Part shown: positions 1-12,924 of the stretch, piece by piece | Position numbering within the stretch: the first letter of the stretch is position 1 | How the letters are laid out: every line of letters begins with the position of its first letter | Source of the DNA: Squalus acanthias | Lineage: Eukaryota | Direction of reading: 5' to 3' | Assembly: GCA_030390025.1 (NCBI GenBank) | Contig: CM059425.1 | Coordinates: 166,906,001-166,970,000, forward strand | DNA length: 64,000 nucleotides | The notes under the pieces: model-generated | The model's database searches: none | What the model saw: only the letters and a program-made list of their open reading frames with translations | Told to the model about the DNA's origin: nothing | Program-made: the position numbers and the translations under genes

Positions 1-221
1 TTGATACTGTTATATGTTATGTATGATACACTGATAGCTTTAAGATGTCTAGAGCATCAATGTGGTTGCCATGTTGTAAGCTGTGCTGCCTAAATCCTTT
101 TACAATACAGCTGGTAGATGTTCATCGAGTAGCTTATGAGGAAATTCTGAGGCTTTAGACAACAAATCCTGTGATACCTGAAGGCTGGATATGTGAAAAT
201 GTGTGCATAAGTCCATTGTTT

Positions 222-578
222 GCTGTTGAGGGGTGATCTGATCGAGGTGTTTAAAATGATAAAGGGATTCGATAGGGTAGATGCAGAAAAACTATTTCCT
301 CTGGTGAGGGAATCAAGAACAAGGGGGCATGATCTTGAACTTAGAGCTAGACCAGTTAAGAGTGAAATCTGGAAGCATTTTTTCACGCAAAGGTTAGTGG
401 AAATCTGGAACTCTCTAACCCAAAAGGCTTTAGATGCTAGGTCAGTTGAAATTTTCAAGACTGAGATCAATAGACTTTTGTTAAGTAAGGGTATCAAAGG
501 ATATGGAACCAGATTAGACATGATCTAATTGAATTACGGAATAGGCTCGAGGGGCTGAGCAGCCTTCTCCTGTTCCTC
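222..578 (+). mobile_element. CR1 LINE 3'-terminal fragment
   Basis: ORF 220..528 (LRGDLIEVFKMIKG...TRGH...FFTQR.V..WNSL) is the CR1 ORF2 C-terminus, followed by a CR1 3' UTR like that at 3300-3395. Confidence 0.9.
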
Positions 579-775
579 CTCGATTGGGTTACAAAGAGAC
601 AAGCATTGCTGCTAAAGCTCCATATTTCCAACTGGTGTTGTTTCAAGGTTATAATCAGTAACAAGTAGTCCACTACATTTCAAACTACATGCCTGGTGTA
701 AAGGAATACACTTCAGTCTACCAATATCCCAAATTAAGAAAGGTTTTGCAGCTTTGTTTCATATTTATATTATTC

Positions 776-1173
776 AACAACAACAACTTACATTTATATA
801 GCACATTTAACACAGTAAAACATCCCATGCGCTTAACAAGAGCGATATCAATAAAAAACATTTTTTGGACACCAAGCCACAGAAGGAGCTATCAGGACAG
901 ATGACCAAAAGCTTGATCAAAGAGGTACGTTTTAAGAAGCATCTTAGAAGAGGAGAGAGAGGTAGAGAGGCGGACAGGTTTAGGGAGGGAATTCCAGAGC
1001 TTAGGGCCTAGGCAGCTGAAAGAATGGCCGCCAATGGTGGAGTGATTAAAATTGGGGATGTGCAAGAGGCCAGAATTGGAAGAGTGCAGAGATCTCGAAG
1101 GCTTGTAAGACTGGAGGAGACTACAGAGATTGGGGTGAGGTCATGGAGGGATTTGGAAACAAGGATGAGGATT
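776..1173 (-). mobile_element. L2 LINE 3' fragment
   Basis: Begins with a (CAA)n tail then cttacatttatatagcac; reverse complement of the + strand copy at 5870-6335 and similar to 23941-24412. Confidence 0.8.
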
Positions 1174-2611
1174 TTGTTGTTGTTATTCAGTATTTAGAAT
1201 TTACAAAAAATATGTTTTGTTACATGATTAGAAAGATGAGTCTTTATAAAAAGCTGAAAATTACTGTTGTGAAAGAATGAACATTTCAGAATATTTTTTA
1301 CATTATTGTACATGCTGTATGAAAACTCAGAAAGCAACAAAGCAGTCTATTTGTTTATTTTGATAATAAAGAGCGACAAGAAGATTGAATTGGCAGGAAT
1401 TTTTCATTATTGTTTGTTTGCCAACTGAATCATTGCAGTCGCTTAGTCTTACCACCTGGTAAATGTATATTTGAGGAAAAGCCACTGATCAAAGCAAATT
1501 TAAAAAAAAACTGTCAAGTATTTTCAGATATCTAACGAGAAAAGCACAAAGATTCTTTTGGTGATTAAATTTTCTAAATGAGAGTCAATTAGGCTTCAAA
1601 AATGTCATTATTTAGAGATTCTTATAATTTAAGAAATGAACTGTTAATCTTCACATATCGCAAAAACATTTACAAAATACTATTTTTACATGACTGAAAA
1701 TTGCATTTTGCAATCTGTAAAGGACATGGAGTACTCTCCAATGATTAAATAATATCCCCCTTTCAGACAGTGATTTTTCATCCGCAGGCATTCAATAGGG
1801 ATTGTACATGTGACTTGAAATAAACAATAAATTGCGATTCTAGCAGTATTAGCACCCCAAGAGCTTTTTGTGCAAGGAGCTAAATTGGATTCTGAAGGGC
1901 TGAACCTTTTTTATTAATTGCAACTGACTATGTTCCTTGGTGTAACATATTTACCTAGTGCATTAGCTCAGTAAACAGTCAATCAAGTTAATTGGATGAG
2001 CCCTGAGCTTGGTAAATATGATATAGTTTAGGCATATGTTTTCAGTGAAGAGTAGTTTTTCACACAGCTTTATTTCACCTCAACAGAAGTGTATCACAAC
2101 TTTGCATCAATAGTATCATAGATGTATTTATATTGATATATCGAAGAGCACTATGTTAATGAAGAGTATATTCATGTGTCACAATCATGCAGACATGACT
2201 TGTAAAATTCTGCTGTGTATTTAGAAACCAAAAGAGATTTGCACCAACACTTTTTTTCAATAAAACCGACATCTTATCTATTACCTGGCAGTTGTGATGA
2301 CTAATATGTTTGGTGCACTGAAGAGTTCTGCATGATGTCAACCTGTGTTGAAAGTTTGACTTTTCATCATTCCCAGATCAAATCAGACTTTTCCTATATT
2401 GTAAACAAATTAAAAAGCACCAAGGAATTCATGGAAACAATGCAACTACTGTGATATTTTCCAAACTTGTGCAGAAATACAGAAGTTATATTTGTTTGAG
2501 ACAAGTGTACCACATTAAGATATAAGTACCAACCTTCAAGTGCACGTCTTGTATTGAAAATTGGTTTGCTAATGTTTGGTTATAAACACAAAGAAGAATC
2601 ATACAGGGTAA

Positions 2612-3395
2612 ATGTAAACAGGAAGGCAGATTATTATCTGAACGGCAATAGATTGGGAAAATGGGAAGTGCAACGAGACCTGGGTGTCCTTGTGCACCAG
2701 TCGCTGAAGGTAAGCATGCAGGTGCAGCAGGCGGTTAAGAAGGCAAACGGTATTTTGGCCTTCATAGCGAGAGGATTCGAGTACGGGAGCAAGGATGTCT
2801 TGCTGCAGTTGTACAGGGCCTTGGTGAGACCACACCTTGAGTATTGTGTGCAGTTTTGGTCGCCTTATCTGAGGAAGGATGTTCTTGCCATGGAGAGAGT
2901 GCAGCAAAGATTCACCAGACTGATACCTGGGATGGCAGGAATGACGTATGAAGAGAGATTGGGTCGATTAGGCTTATATTCGCTAGAGTTTAGAAGAATG
3001 AGAGGATATCTCATTGAAACTTATAAAATTCTAACAGGACTAGACAGACTAGATGCAGGAAGGCTGTTCCCAATGGCGGGGGAGTCCAGAACCAGGGGTC
3101 ACAGTCTAAGGATAAGGGGTAAGCCATTTAGAACTGAGTTGAGGAGGAATTTCTTCACCCAGAGAGTGGTGAACCTGTGGAATTCTCTACCACAGAAGGC
3201 AGTTGAGGCCAATTCATTAAATATATTCAGGAAGGAGTTAGATATATTTCTTAAGGCTAAGGGGATCAAGGGATATGGGGAGAAAGCAGGGACAGGGTAC
3301 TGAATTTGGATGATCAGCCATGATCGCATTGAATGGCGGAGCAGGCTCAAGGGGCCGAATGACCTACTCCTGCTCCTATCTTCTATGTTTCTATG
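2612..3395 (+). mobile_element. CR1 LINE, 5'-truncated (RT C-terminal region plus 3' UTR)
   Basis: ORF 2554..3303 with RDLGV, LYRALVRPHLEYCVQFWSP, FFTQRVV.LWNSLP; ends in TTCTATGT repeats. Confidence 0.95.
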
Positions 3396-3743
3396 TGATG
3401 TCCCATGCTGCTGGCGAGGCGGGTGGGGTGGGGTGGGTTTGGGGTGGGGTGGGGGCTCACACACAGTCAGTGCCTATCAGAAAACCACAGGCATGCTGTG
3501 AGGTCACTTAGGAGAAACAATGCCTTGCAAAATTTATCCTTACATGCCTATATTCTATCTATCCTGTTTCATACATGCTTAAATAAGTAGATAATTCTGT
3601 TACAGCTCTTTTATTTTCCTTTGAAGAATTCTTGAAAGATCAGCTTCTGGTGGTGGGCTCTGGACGATCCAACACATCTTCTAAGGAAGTCATTGCTGTT
3701 AGTGCTGAAATCACTAACGTTGGGATTCTGTCACTAAGCACCT

Positions 3744-3951
3744 GCGCTGCGCTCGCGCTCTGAGTTAGCGCCTCACTCCTCGGCCTTTGCGCCTTAAGAC
3801 AGGTGTGCAGCGCCTGATTTAGCGCTCCAATCACCTCCCGGGGCGTTAAAAGTGAAGTTTCCTGTCAGTGGCGATAATTAGCGCCAGGCGCTAATTTTTG
3901 CGCCCGGACGATATTTGCGCCCCAAATGGGGCGCGACTGAATTTTTCCCCC
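3744..3951 (-). mobile_element. One arm of a GC-rich PIF/Harbinger-type MITE
   Basis: Reverse complement closely matches the first ~200 bp of 51818-52712; ends in TIR gaatttttccccc followed by TAA. Confidence 0.8.
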
Positions 3952-5869
3952 TAAATGTTTTATACAAATACATATTCAGTTAGTAAAAATAAAAAGGATT
4001 TAATGGGAGTAACAATGCCTGGCCTCTACTGGGGATTGTGTCCGAGTACACTGACCAATCTGCAGCTGCATGTTTCATTCCTCCTGCAACCTGACCTACA
4101 TTTGCTGGGCAGCATCTAACAGAAAGAATAAAATCCACTAGTGAGGTTGAAAAGGAGTCGAAAAAGTGTGGTATTGATTTCTTAATTGACAAAAATATAT
4201 AAAATATATTTTGGTTTATGGTTATCTTCCTGAGGGTTCAGGTAAACAATATTTTCAAATCAAATAAAATGACAAATACAGCCTTCCTGTACAGTTCTAA
4301 AACTTAGTTTATTCCAATATATTAAATCAGTGTTGGTGGATACTTTTAAATTCACCCAGTGATGTTTCTGTCCTATTGTAAGATTATATAAGTACTAGAC
4401 ATGTTAATGAATTGCTTCCATACTTGTGCAGCTTACCAGCTGAAAAACCTGCTGATTCACCGCTTTACTGATTAAAAAAAAGACAAAAGCAGTGGAAGCC
4501 TAAATGAGCTCAATGTCAACCTGGAGATCATTCATGTAAATGTTTATCGTGGTGATGAAGGGGTTCATCACAGGTAGGCTAGCTCTTACTGTATGATGCA
4601 ATCCCTGACCATCATAACCCAGATCTATTCAGCTAAGTTGCACTAAGATAACAGGAATCCGCTGGTTCCAATTACTGAGACTGCTACAAAATCTGTTACA
4701 CAGCTGGAGTCATTGTATGGCAATTTTTGCCAAACTTCGCGTTGTTTATTTTCAAAGATTATTGGGATGAAAGAGGCTTGAAGTACTGTCCATAATACAG
4801 GGTTGTTAGCTGAGCTTGTGGAGAGAAGCAGATATGGCCATTCAAAACCACATGTATGGCCATTCAAAACCACATGTACGGCCATTCAAACCCACATATA
4901 CATTTCTGCAAACGCAAAAAGATCTGATTTAATTTTGAGTAATAGGGAACAATCGGCGGATCCATTTTGCAATGCAGAAGTAAAACTAGTAACGGTTAAG
5001 TAAAGATGATTAATTGCTGTTTGTTTTATTTTGTTGTCTACTGGTGAACCTCACTTACTATCAAACAATTTACCAGGTAAATGGGCAGTGGATTTAACCA
5101 CATTTGAATGTAGAATGGTGCTGCTGATGTATTTGTGCATATTGCATTATTTTGCCCAAGATAATTTGCATAATAACATCAAGTAAATGTAAAGGTTACA
5201 TAAATGAAAATGACTCAAAACAGCAGATAGAAGTAATTAGGTTGAACTGCCTTTTGAGTAAGAGAGAAACTGATAATGTCACTGTTCTTGCACTGACTGA
5301 AGGAATTTCTGACAGATTTACAAACATCACTATTTTAAAAATATATTCATTCATGGGATGTGGGCGTCACTGGACAGGCCAGCATTTATTGCCCATCCCT
5401 AGTTGCCTTTGATTTGACTGACAGAATCTGTCAGATGTACAAACAATTCTGTGTCTTAGTCACTGGTAGCTCAGTCAGCAATGTTGCTGTCAAGTTATCA
5501 AATAGCTGAAGCACAAAATGTGGATGTAAATGTCCGTGGTGGGTTTTCCTAAACTGGATCGGTCAAGATGCCCAAGAGATGTAGAGATCCCTTCTGCTTA
5601 GAGAATGGATGTGGCCAAACTGGAAGTACATTTGACCAGAAATAGCCACTGATTAGGACTAACTGATCCTAAAAGTTAACCCCATGTCCAACAACTTTAC
5701 AGATTCAAAAATGCCAGGCTATAATTGGGCTCTAATTTGGTTCAGTTTGAATTTTTGCAGAATGATAGCTTTTGCTGAGCGAAGTGTATGAATGTATCTG
5801 GTAAAAAACTAAGCTCAGATATGTTTTCATCTGTATAATAGACTGGCTGCTTAATGCCCATATCCTAAT

Positions 5870-6335
5870 TTGCACCAAGTCCCATTCACCCATCACCCCT
5901 GTGCTTGCTGACCTTCATTGGCTGGCAATGCCTCCATTTTAAAATTCTCATCCTTCTTTTCTAATGCCTCCATGACTTTGCCTCTCCCTGTCTCTGTAAC
6001 CTCCTCCAGCATTACAACCCTCGGAGATATCTGCGCTTCTCCAATCCTGGCTTCTTGAGCAACCCTGATTATAATCGCTCCACCATCGGTGGCCATACCT
6101 TCAGCTGCCGAGGCCCTAAGCTCTGGAATTCCCTCCCTAAACCTCTCCGCCGCTCTACCTCTCTCTCCTCCTTTAAGACGCTCCTTAAAACCTACCTCTT
6201 TGACCAAGCTTTTGGTCAGCTGTCCTAATATCTCCTTACGTGACTTGGTGTCAAATTTTGTTTGATAACACTCCTGTGAAGCACCATAGGATGTTTTGCT
6301 ATGTTAAAGACGCTATATAAATGCAAGTTATTGTT
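5870..6335 (+). mobile_element. L2 LINE 3' fragment
   Basis: cccattcacccatcacccctgtgcttgctgacct...ctctggaattccctccctaaacc...ctttaagacgctccttaaaacctacctcttt, ending gctatataaatgcaagttattgttg. Confidence 0.85.
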
Positions 6336-7758
6336 GCTTTGATGCAAAGTTTTGATGGGCTAGGTTCAGCTTGAGCTAATTTGATTGAGGGGTGATTTAA
6401 CCATTTTACTATATTTGCCTTGGAAATCTCCAAAGCTTTTAACAGGTCTGGCACCATATACTACTGAACAATTTATCATTATTTATCACAACGTTCCACC
6501 AAACCTACCTTCATGGCAATCTAGCTTCTTCATAAATCAGAACATGCTATGTTGATGGCTTATTCTATGATTTTTTTTCCATTGACACAAGCATCCCTCA
6601 AAATTCTAACCTCTCACATTGTATTTCTTCTTCAAATGATCTCCTTCACTCATCATCAAACCTGATGGATCACGTGCCCTCAGTGCTCATAGTCTTCATT
6701 CACAGTGTAATGGTTGGAGACTTCATCTTCATCTCTTTATGCTCTTCAATGGAACAATGACAATCTTGTTTTCAGTTCTTCATGGACAGTTTCTTGATCT
6801 GTCTTACTAGTCTAGCTAGCTGCTGCTATCGTTAACTTTTTATAGCTGTAATCCTTAATTTTTCTTCATCTACTGTCATCATGGCCTCTGTCTACTCTGA
6901 CTACAAACAGCATTCCCACATTTCTTTCATTACTAAAATTGTTCCCAGAAGCCCTGTTTCTTCTTTCGTGCCAACACTACATTTCTCTTCAACAGCTCTT
7001 GGCTTTTAGTCTGTTGCAGTCTTGAATACTGTTCCTTTATCTAAAGAGGCTCTTCAAGTGCCTCTCTTGCATTCCTGGACAAGATACCAGAAAATGTTTC
7101 TCAGATAAGTAAGCAGCAACCCGAAATTCTAAGCCTCTTCGCCGCCGAGGTGCCGAAGGATGCCCAACAGGTGTCCGCAGCTCGCCGGTCTCATTTAAAT
7201 GAGGCCCAAAGGCCCCCATGTTGGGTGCGCCTCGGGCCTACCCCTTCGGACACAAGGATCATTCCTTGCGCCCAGTTCGCGTCAGCATCCTCTGACATGG
7301 GGGTCCAGGTCGAAGGTCAAATACCAGCTTCTTGGTGAGCTACAGGAAATGGGTATCCCCCTGGAGTGCAGTCACAGGAAATTGAGAAAGAAGAGCCATG
7401 AACGCCTCCTCCCGACTTGTCAGTGGCTGGGGGGAAGCATCACTGGTAATCCTGGGGCAACATAAAGTGGATGGACACCTGGTATACTGGGTTCCTGCCA
7501 TCCTTTTCCTGACATTTGTACTCAGGGAAGAAGCACTCCCAGTGCTGACCCCAGGAAAATCTGCTCCTCCTGGTGCAGAGTTCAGTTGGACCATTTGGGG
7601 CAGATTTTCCTATCCTTGTCGGAATGGATCACCTGAGTGCAGTTACTGGAGGGAGAATCACACACCTGCAAGGGAGCTTGCCTAATTTTCCTTCCATTAA
7701 TCTAAATGCACAGAAAATCAGTCATGCTCTTTTATGGGTGTGAAATCCTCTCCATTTA

Positions 7759-8960
7759 GGTATCAGCTGTGGCTCAGCGGGTAGCATTCTTTCCTCTGAG
7801 TCAGAGGTTGCGGGTTCACACCCCACTCCAGGAGACTTGAGCACAGAATCTAGGTTGACACTCCAGTGCAGTACTGAGGATGTCTTTCGGATGAGACGTT
7901 AAACCAAGGCGCCATCAGCTCCCTCAAATGGATGTAAAAGCTCCCATGGCACTATTTCGAAGAAGAGCAGTGGAATTTTCCCTGGTATCCTGGCTGACAT
8001 TTATCTCTTGACCAACATCACCAAAACAGATTATCTGGTCATTATCACATTGCTGTTTGTAGGAGCTTGCTGTGCACAAATTGGCTGCCACGTTTCCTAC
8101 ATTACAACAGGTGACTACACTTCATAAGTAAAATTGGCTGTAAAATGCTTTGGGACATCCTGAGGTTGTGAAAGGCGCTATAGAAATACAAGGGGGAAAA
8201 ATTGGTTGCGCCCCCTTTGGGGTGCTACTTTTCGCACCCCGAAAAAATTCACTGGAAGTGCCCCAAGAGGGAAGCGGGGTGCTACTGGAAGCGCCCTGCC
8301 TCCCTCTTGGGGAGCTGCGAGTGAATATCACGGTGCTAAGTGCTGCAGCACCATGCGCTGCGGCACATCGAGCCGCAGTGCTGCAGGCCTTCCTCCCCTT
8401 ATTAAAGGGGAGGGGCCCTAGCGCAGTGCAACCCGGGGCCCAGCTGGGTCACCAGGGATCGGAGTGCCAGCAAAAGAGCCCGGCACTCAAGAGAAGTGCT
8501 GGGCTCATGGAGCGCAGCAGGCACCCCGCGGGGGGCCTGCACAGAAGGCCGGGGACAGCAACGGGGGCAGGTGCTGGCAGGCGGCCAGAAACAAAAATGG
8601 CTGCCCGGCACCTCCCCTTTAATTTGCGCCGCCCCGGCCGCAGGTAGGCCCCCCTGACCCTGTCTGACATAGCGTCCGGCAGTAACTCAGGGGGCGCTAC
8701 TGAAGATCACAGCCGGGGCGCGAGCAGGGCACTGCGCACGGCGCTGCGCACAGTGCTGCGCACGGCGATGATGTCAGCACCAGAGGCGCAGCGCCACAGG
8801 GGTGCTAACGGTTACCGCCGCCGCTAACCTCCCGCTGAATTTCGCGGGAGGCGTTGGTGGCGCCGTGCCCAGGCGTTAGTTGCTTTGCGCCCCGTTAGCG
8901 CCCTCTTTGGGTGCTAACGGGAGGCGCAAATCAACCGAATTTTTCCCCCTAAGTCTTTCT
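7759..8960 (+). mobile_element. SacSINE1-like DeuSINE (tRNA-like head, Deu domain, L2-like tail), tail split by MITE 8192-8949
   Basis: A-box tggctcagcgggt and B-box-like ggttcacaccc; central tctttcggatgagacgttaaacc...; tail gaaaggcgctatagaaatacaa|gtctttct resumes after the MITE. Confidence 0.8.
8192..8949. mobile_element. PIF/Harbinger-type MITE (GC-rich family A)
   Basis: TIRs gggggaaaatt / aatttttccccc; 3-bp flanks CAA/TAA; collinear with 10128-10895. Confidence 0.85.
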
Positions 8961-9819
8961 ATTTGATTTCCCTCTATTTTCTGCACCCAGTCTTTGATCA
9001 ATTGTATTAGACAAAGTGCAAATTATAAAGTTGGTCACTTTTTTCCAAATTGTTTTTGATTCTTCAGCTGGTGCCAATGACCATGTTACACTGCAGCTAT
9101 AAGCTGCAGCAATTTTCCTTCTCCTAAGGTGAGTGTCCCAGTGGTACCATAATTGGCCCACCATAATATGGTAAATCACCTGATCGCAGGAAATGAGGGA
9201 GGGTCAGGGAGGGACCTTGGCAAGGGGTAAGCAGGAGTCCTGCCCACCGAGGATCCGCAGCCGTTGTGGAAAACAGGAGAATCAGCCCCATGGTGTCAAA
9301 AGAGCCTGCACTATAACAATCTGATCTCTTTTTCCTCTTTTCAACCTTGGTAATGTCATGCATTAAGGGCCTTGGTCCTTCACGTTTATATCCCAATTAA
9401 AAAAAAAATGATAACTCTCTTATCAAACGTAGAATATGTGCTGAGTAAAAACATACTGGACAGAGTGAAGCAGGAGTGATTGGTGCACAGTTCACTAACA
9501 CTATCAGCCCAATGTTGTAAAGTAGGCAAAATGTTAAATTATGTGGCAAAAGTTTTTTAAATCAAAAATGGTGATTTTAAAATTGTTCATGGCTTGTGAG
9601 AAAAATCTTCATTTAATAAATTTTCCCCAGCAAAGCCTTGATCCTTAACGAATTTTCTTCGGTGAAGCCTCACCTTCATTTAATTAATTTTTCCCAGAAC
9701 AGCCCCAACCTTCTGTTAACTCATTTCCCCAGCAAGTTCTTCCAGGCCATTTTCAAGGTGCTGCCGCCCATTTCTGCTGACCGGGATGTCTCAAAATTCT
9801 GCACATGGTTTCTTTACAC

Positions 9820-10030
9820 ATACAACCAGAAAAGTTTGATTTTAACAAGCCAGCAGAATGGCCCAGATGGATAAAATGATTTAGAATTGCTTCAGGCTGA
9901 GATAAGAAAAGGAGAGCTGAATCAGATTAGCACACTGATATATTCAATGGGTGAGGAAAGGGAAGATATTTTGTGCTTCTTTCAGCGATCCAAGAATGAC
10001 AGAAAACAGTACAACAGCACTGTAGCAACC
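9820..10030 (+). pseudogene. Gypsy-type LTR retrotransposon gag N-terminal remnant
   Basis: Across frames reads QPEKFDFNKPAEWPRWIK*F...ELNQISTLIYSMGEEREDIL, the typical start of a Gypsy gag; contains a stop and frameshift. Confidence 0.65.
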
Positions 10031-10127
10031 CGATTTTGGAAAGAGCTAATGTCAGTCAAAGGAAACAAGAAAAAAAAAATCAGTAAATGGTTTCATATCA
10101 GCCTCATGGAGTTTGGCTGAACACAAT

Positions 10128-10895
10128 GGGCTAAAAATTGAGTCGCGCCCCATTTGGGGCGCTAACCTCGCCGGGGCGCTACGTTTAGCGCCCCGAAAAA
10201 ATTAGCGCCCCCGCGCCGGAACTTGAGTGGTTGCGCCCCAAGAGGGAAGCGGGGCGCTACTGGAAGCACCCCGCATCCCTCTTGGGGCGCTGTGAGGGAA
10301 TATCCTGGCGCTACGTGCCGCAGCGCCAGGCGCTGCAGCACGTCGCACCGCGGTACTGCAGGCCTTCCTCCCCTTCTTAAAGGGGAGGGGCCCTGCGCAG
10401 CGCGAACCGGGGCCCAGCTGGGCCCCCAGGGATCGGGAGTGCAAAAGAGCCCGGCACTCAAGAGAAGTGCCGGGCTCTTGGAGCGCAGCTGGCACTTCAC
10501 GGTGGGGGAGCTTCACGGGGGCCGGGGACAGCAATGGGGGCAGGTGCTGGCAGGCGGCCAGCAACAAAAATGGCCGCCTGCCACCTCCCCTTTAAATATC
10601 GCCGCCCCGGCCGCACGTACGCCCCCATAACCCGTCGGACATAGCGTCTGGCGGTAAGTCAGGGGGCGCTACCGAAGATCGCGGCTGGAGCGCGAGCGGG
10701 GCGCTGCGCACGGCACTGATGTCATCGCCGGCGGCGCAGCGCCACAGGGCGCTACCGGCTGGCGCCGCCGCTAACCTCCCACTGAATTTTGCGGGAGGCG
10801 TGGGCGGCGCTGCGCCCGAGCGTTAGCTGCTTTGCGCCCCATTAGCGCCCTCTTAAGGCGCTAACGGGAGGCGCAAGCAGCTGAATTTTTCCCCC
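10128..10895. mobile_element. PIF/Harbinger-type MITE (GC-rich family A)
   Basis: Termini gggctaaaaatt / aatttttccccc; perfect 3-bp TSD AAT (10125-10127, 10896-10898); CpG-rich. Confidence 0.9.
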
Positions 10896-10924
10896 AATGC
10901 TTTTTGTACTGTACGTCACGAAAG

Positions 10925-11355
10925 GATGGTTAATTAGCAATCAGCTCCATCCTTGCAGTCAAGGCTTATGTCTCCAGTAAGATTTCTGCTGATAGAAGGG
11001 GACAACAGATATAATTAAGCCCATGGGACTACAAGAAGTGTGAGAGAGCAGACTGTAGGCATTCTGAGGTCTTGTTTTAGGTGCCTGGATAAATCTGGTG
11101 GAGCCCTGCAGTACAATGCAGTAAGAGTCTCCAGATGATTTTAGCTTGCTGCATACTACATAATATTGCAATGAAGAAAGGCTTCTTGCTCCCAGAAGCT
11201 GCAGTGAAAGATGATAAAGATGGGGGCGGGGAGAAAGATCTTTATCTGTACAGTATATGGGAGGGTGCACAGAAAGGAGTTGATGTGGAACAGGAGAGCC
11301 AGCAGCCACCAGCCAGAGAAAAGAGAAGAGAAATTATCGTCCAGTGCTTTCAACG
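10925..11355 (+). pseudogene. Harbinger (HARBI1-like) DDE transposase C-terminal remnant
   Basis: GILRSCFRCLDKSGGALQY and ILACCILHNIAM motifs, matching the transposase end at 61590-61710; frameshifted. Confidence 0.8.
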
Positions 11356-12519
11356 AATAAAAGTTGGCACACCAAAAAAAGTCATTTCACAAAATCCTGT
11401 TCTCCCCAACGCTGACATAGTCCCTCAGTGTCATTAACTTCTGCCATTTTCCTTCATATTTCTCCTGCCATAACACAACTGAAAAAAGTTGCACGCATGC
11501 ACAGAAATTAATTCTGAATTCTATGTGGTGAAGCCACAGTAACTTTGCAGAACAACATTCAGCAGAAGATGCCAAACTATTCCATCATGCTATCTACAAC
11601 TACTTCTTAGCATCATGACTCCACTTTGTGCCAGCTAACTTACTTGCTCTCGCTTCTAATCTACTACTCTTATGAGTTGAGTGAGACAAGGTTGAGAAGC
11701 CTGAAGTGATTCTCATCTCAGTGAAGCTGCTTCCCAGAGGGAACAGATTCTGGCAGCCTTTCTGTTGCAGTGGAAAGGAGCTCTTGGTCTATCTCTGAAG
11801 CTCCCTCAGGTACAGGCATTGGAGGGGGTTTTAAGGAATTAAGATAACTGGCGCTCCCTGGAGTGACAGCAATATCTGTGACCACTCCTTGCAGCACATT
11901 GGTGCAAGGCACCATCTTTGAGGTGCTAATGGTCAGTGTCATTACAAATGAAATCGTCCCAGACAGGTCTTGGCGGCACTGTGCAAGTGTAGTGTTCAGG
12001 CTGACCCTCAAGGCATTTTTGAAGGAGTGGTAGCTGCCGCTCCAGAAGCCACCAATGTCCTTAGTACCTCCTCTGGCACCTTGTAGCTGCAGAAACTTCC
12101 TAGACTGTCACTCTCTCTAGTGGTTTCTGCAGGCCATGAGAAACTTTGTGTAATGTGTTGTAGATATCTCCACTGCCTGCAGAACAATACTACCTGATTA
12201 TTGTTCTTTTGAGGACTGATTCCCTGAGGTCTGGGTACCTAAACACTTTGACCAAAGGCAGTGGTTTCGCCTCTCTCTGTGGAGGAATAACACCCTTCCT
12301 CTCTTTCATTCACTGGTGCTTGGTGCTTTCACTGTTGCTAATGACTTTCTCTTGAGTGGGTGTCTCTGGGTTAATGTTGAAATAGATTAGATGCAATGAG
12401 TTGATGAGGACATGCAGGAGTTATGGATGTTGACGTGGGAGGGGTTGTGGAACTGGAAGTGCCCGTGTGGCCATTGGAGAGGCTGGCCTCTTCTTCCTAG
12501 TTACCTCCTGGGATATGAA

Positions 12520-12853
12520 AAAAAAGAAAAGAAATAACTGGCATATAGTGCCTTTCATGACCTCAGGACATCCTAAAGTGCTTTACAGCCAACAAAGTAC
12601 TTTTTGAAGTGTAGTCACTGTTGTATTGTAGGAAATGCAGCAGCCATTTTGTGCACAGCAAGCTCCCACAAACAGCAATGAGATAATGACCAGATAATCT
12701 GTTTAGTAGTGTTGATGAGGGATAAATATTGGCCAGGACACCGTGAGAACTCTTCTGCTCTTCTTCAACTAATGCCGTGGGATTTTTTACGTCAACTTGA
12801 GAGTGCAGATGGGGCCTCGTTTTAACATCTCATCTGAAAGGCGGCACCTCCAA
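12520..12853 (-). mobile_element. SacSINE1-like DeuSINE, 5'-truncated
   Basis: Reverse complement of the body and tail of 7880-8191. Confidence 0.8.
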
Positions 12854-12924
12854 TACTTTCTCTGACCACGTCCCTGGAAAATCTCAGACTATGGATGCAC
12901 TGTTCCTCTGACAGGTTCAGCTAT

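Noticed and set aside
8150..8670. ORFs in GC-rich MITEs (also 10162..10630, 52044..52535) or a host CpG-island promoter
   Set aside because: They arise from stop-poor GC-rich sequence bounded by TIRs and TSDs; reading frames are not conserved between copies.
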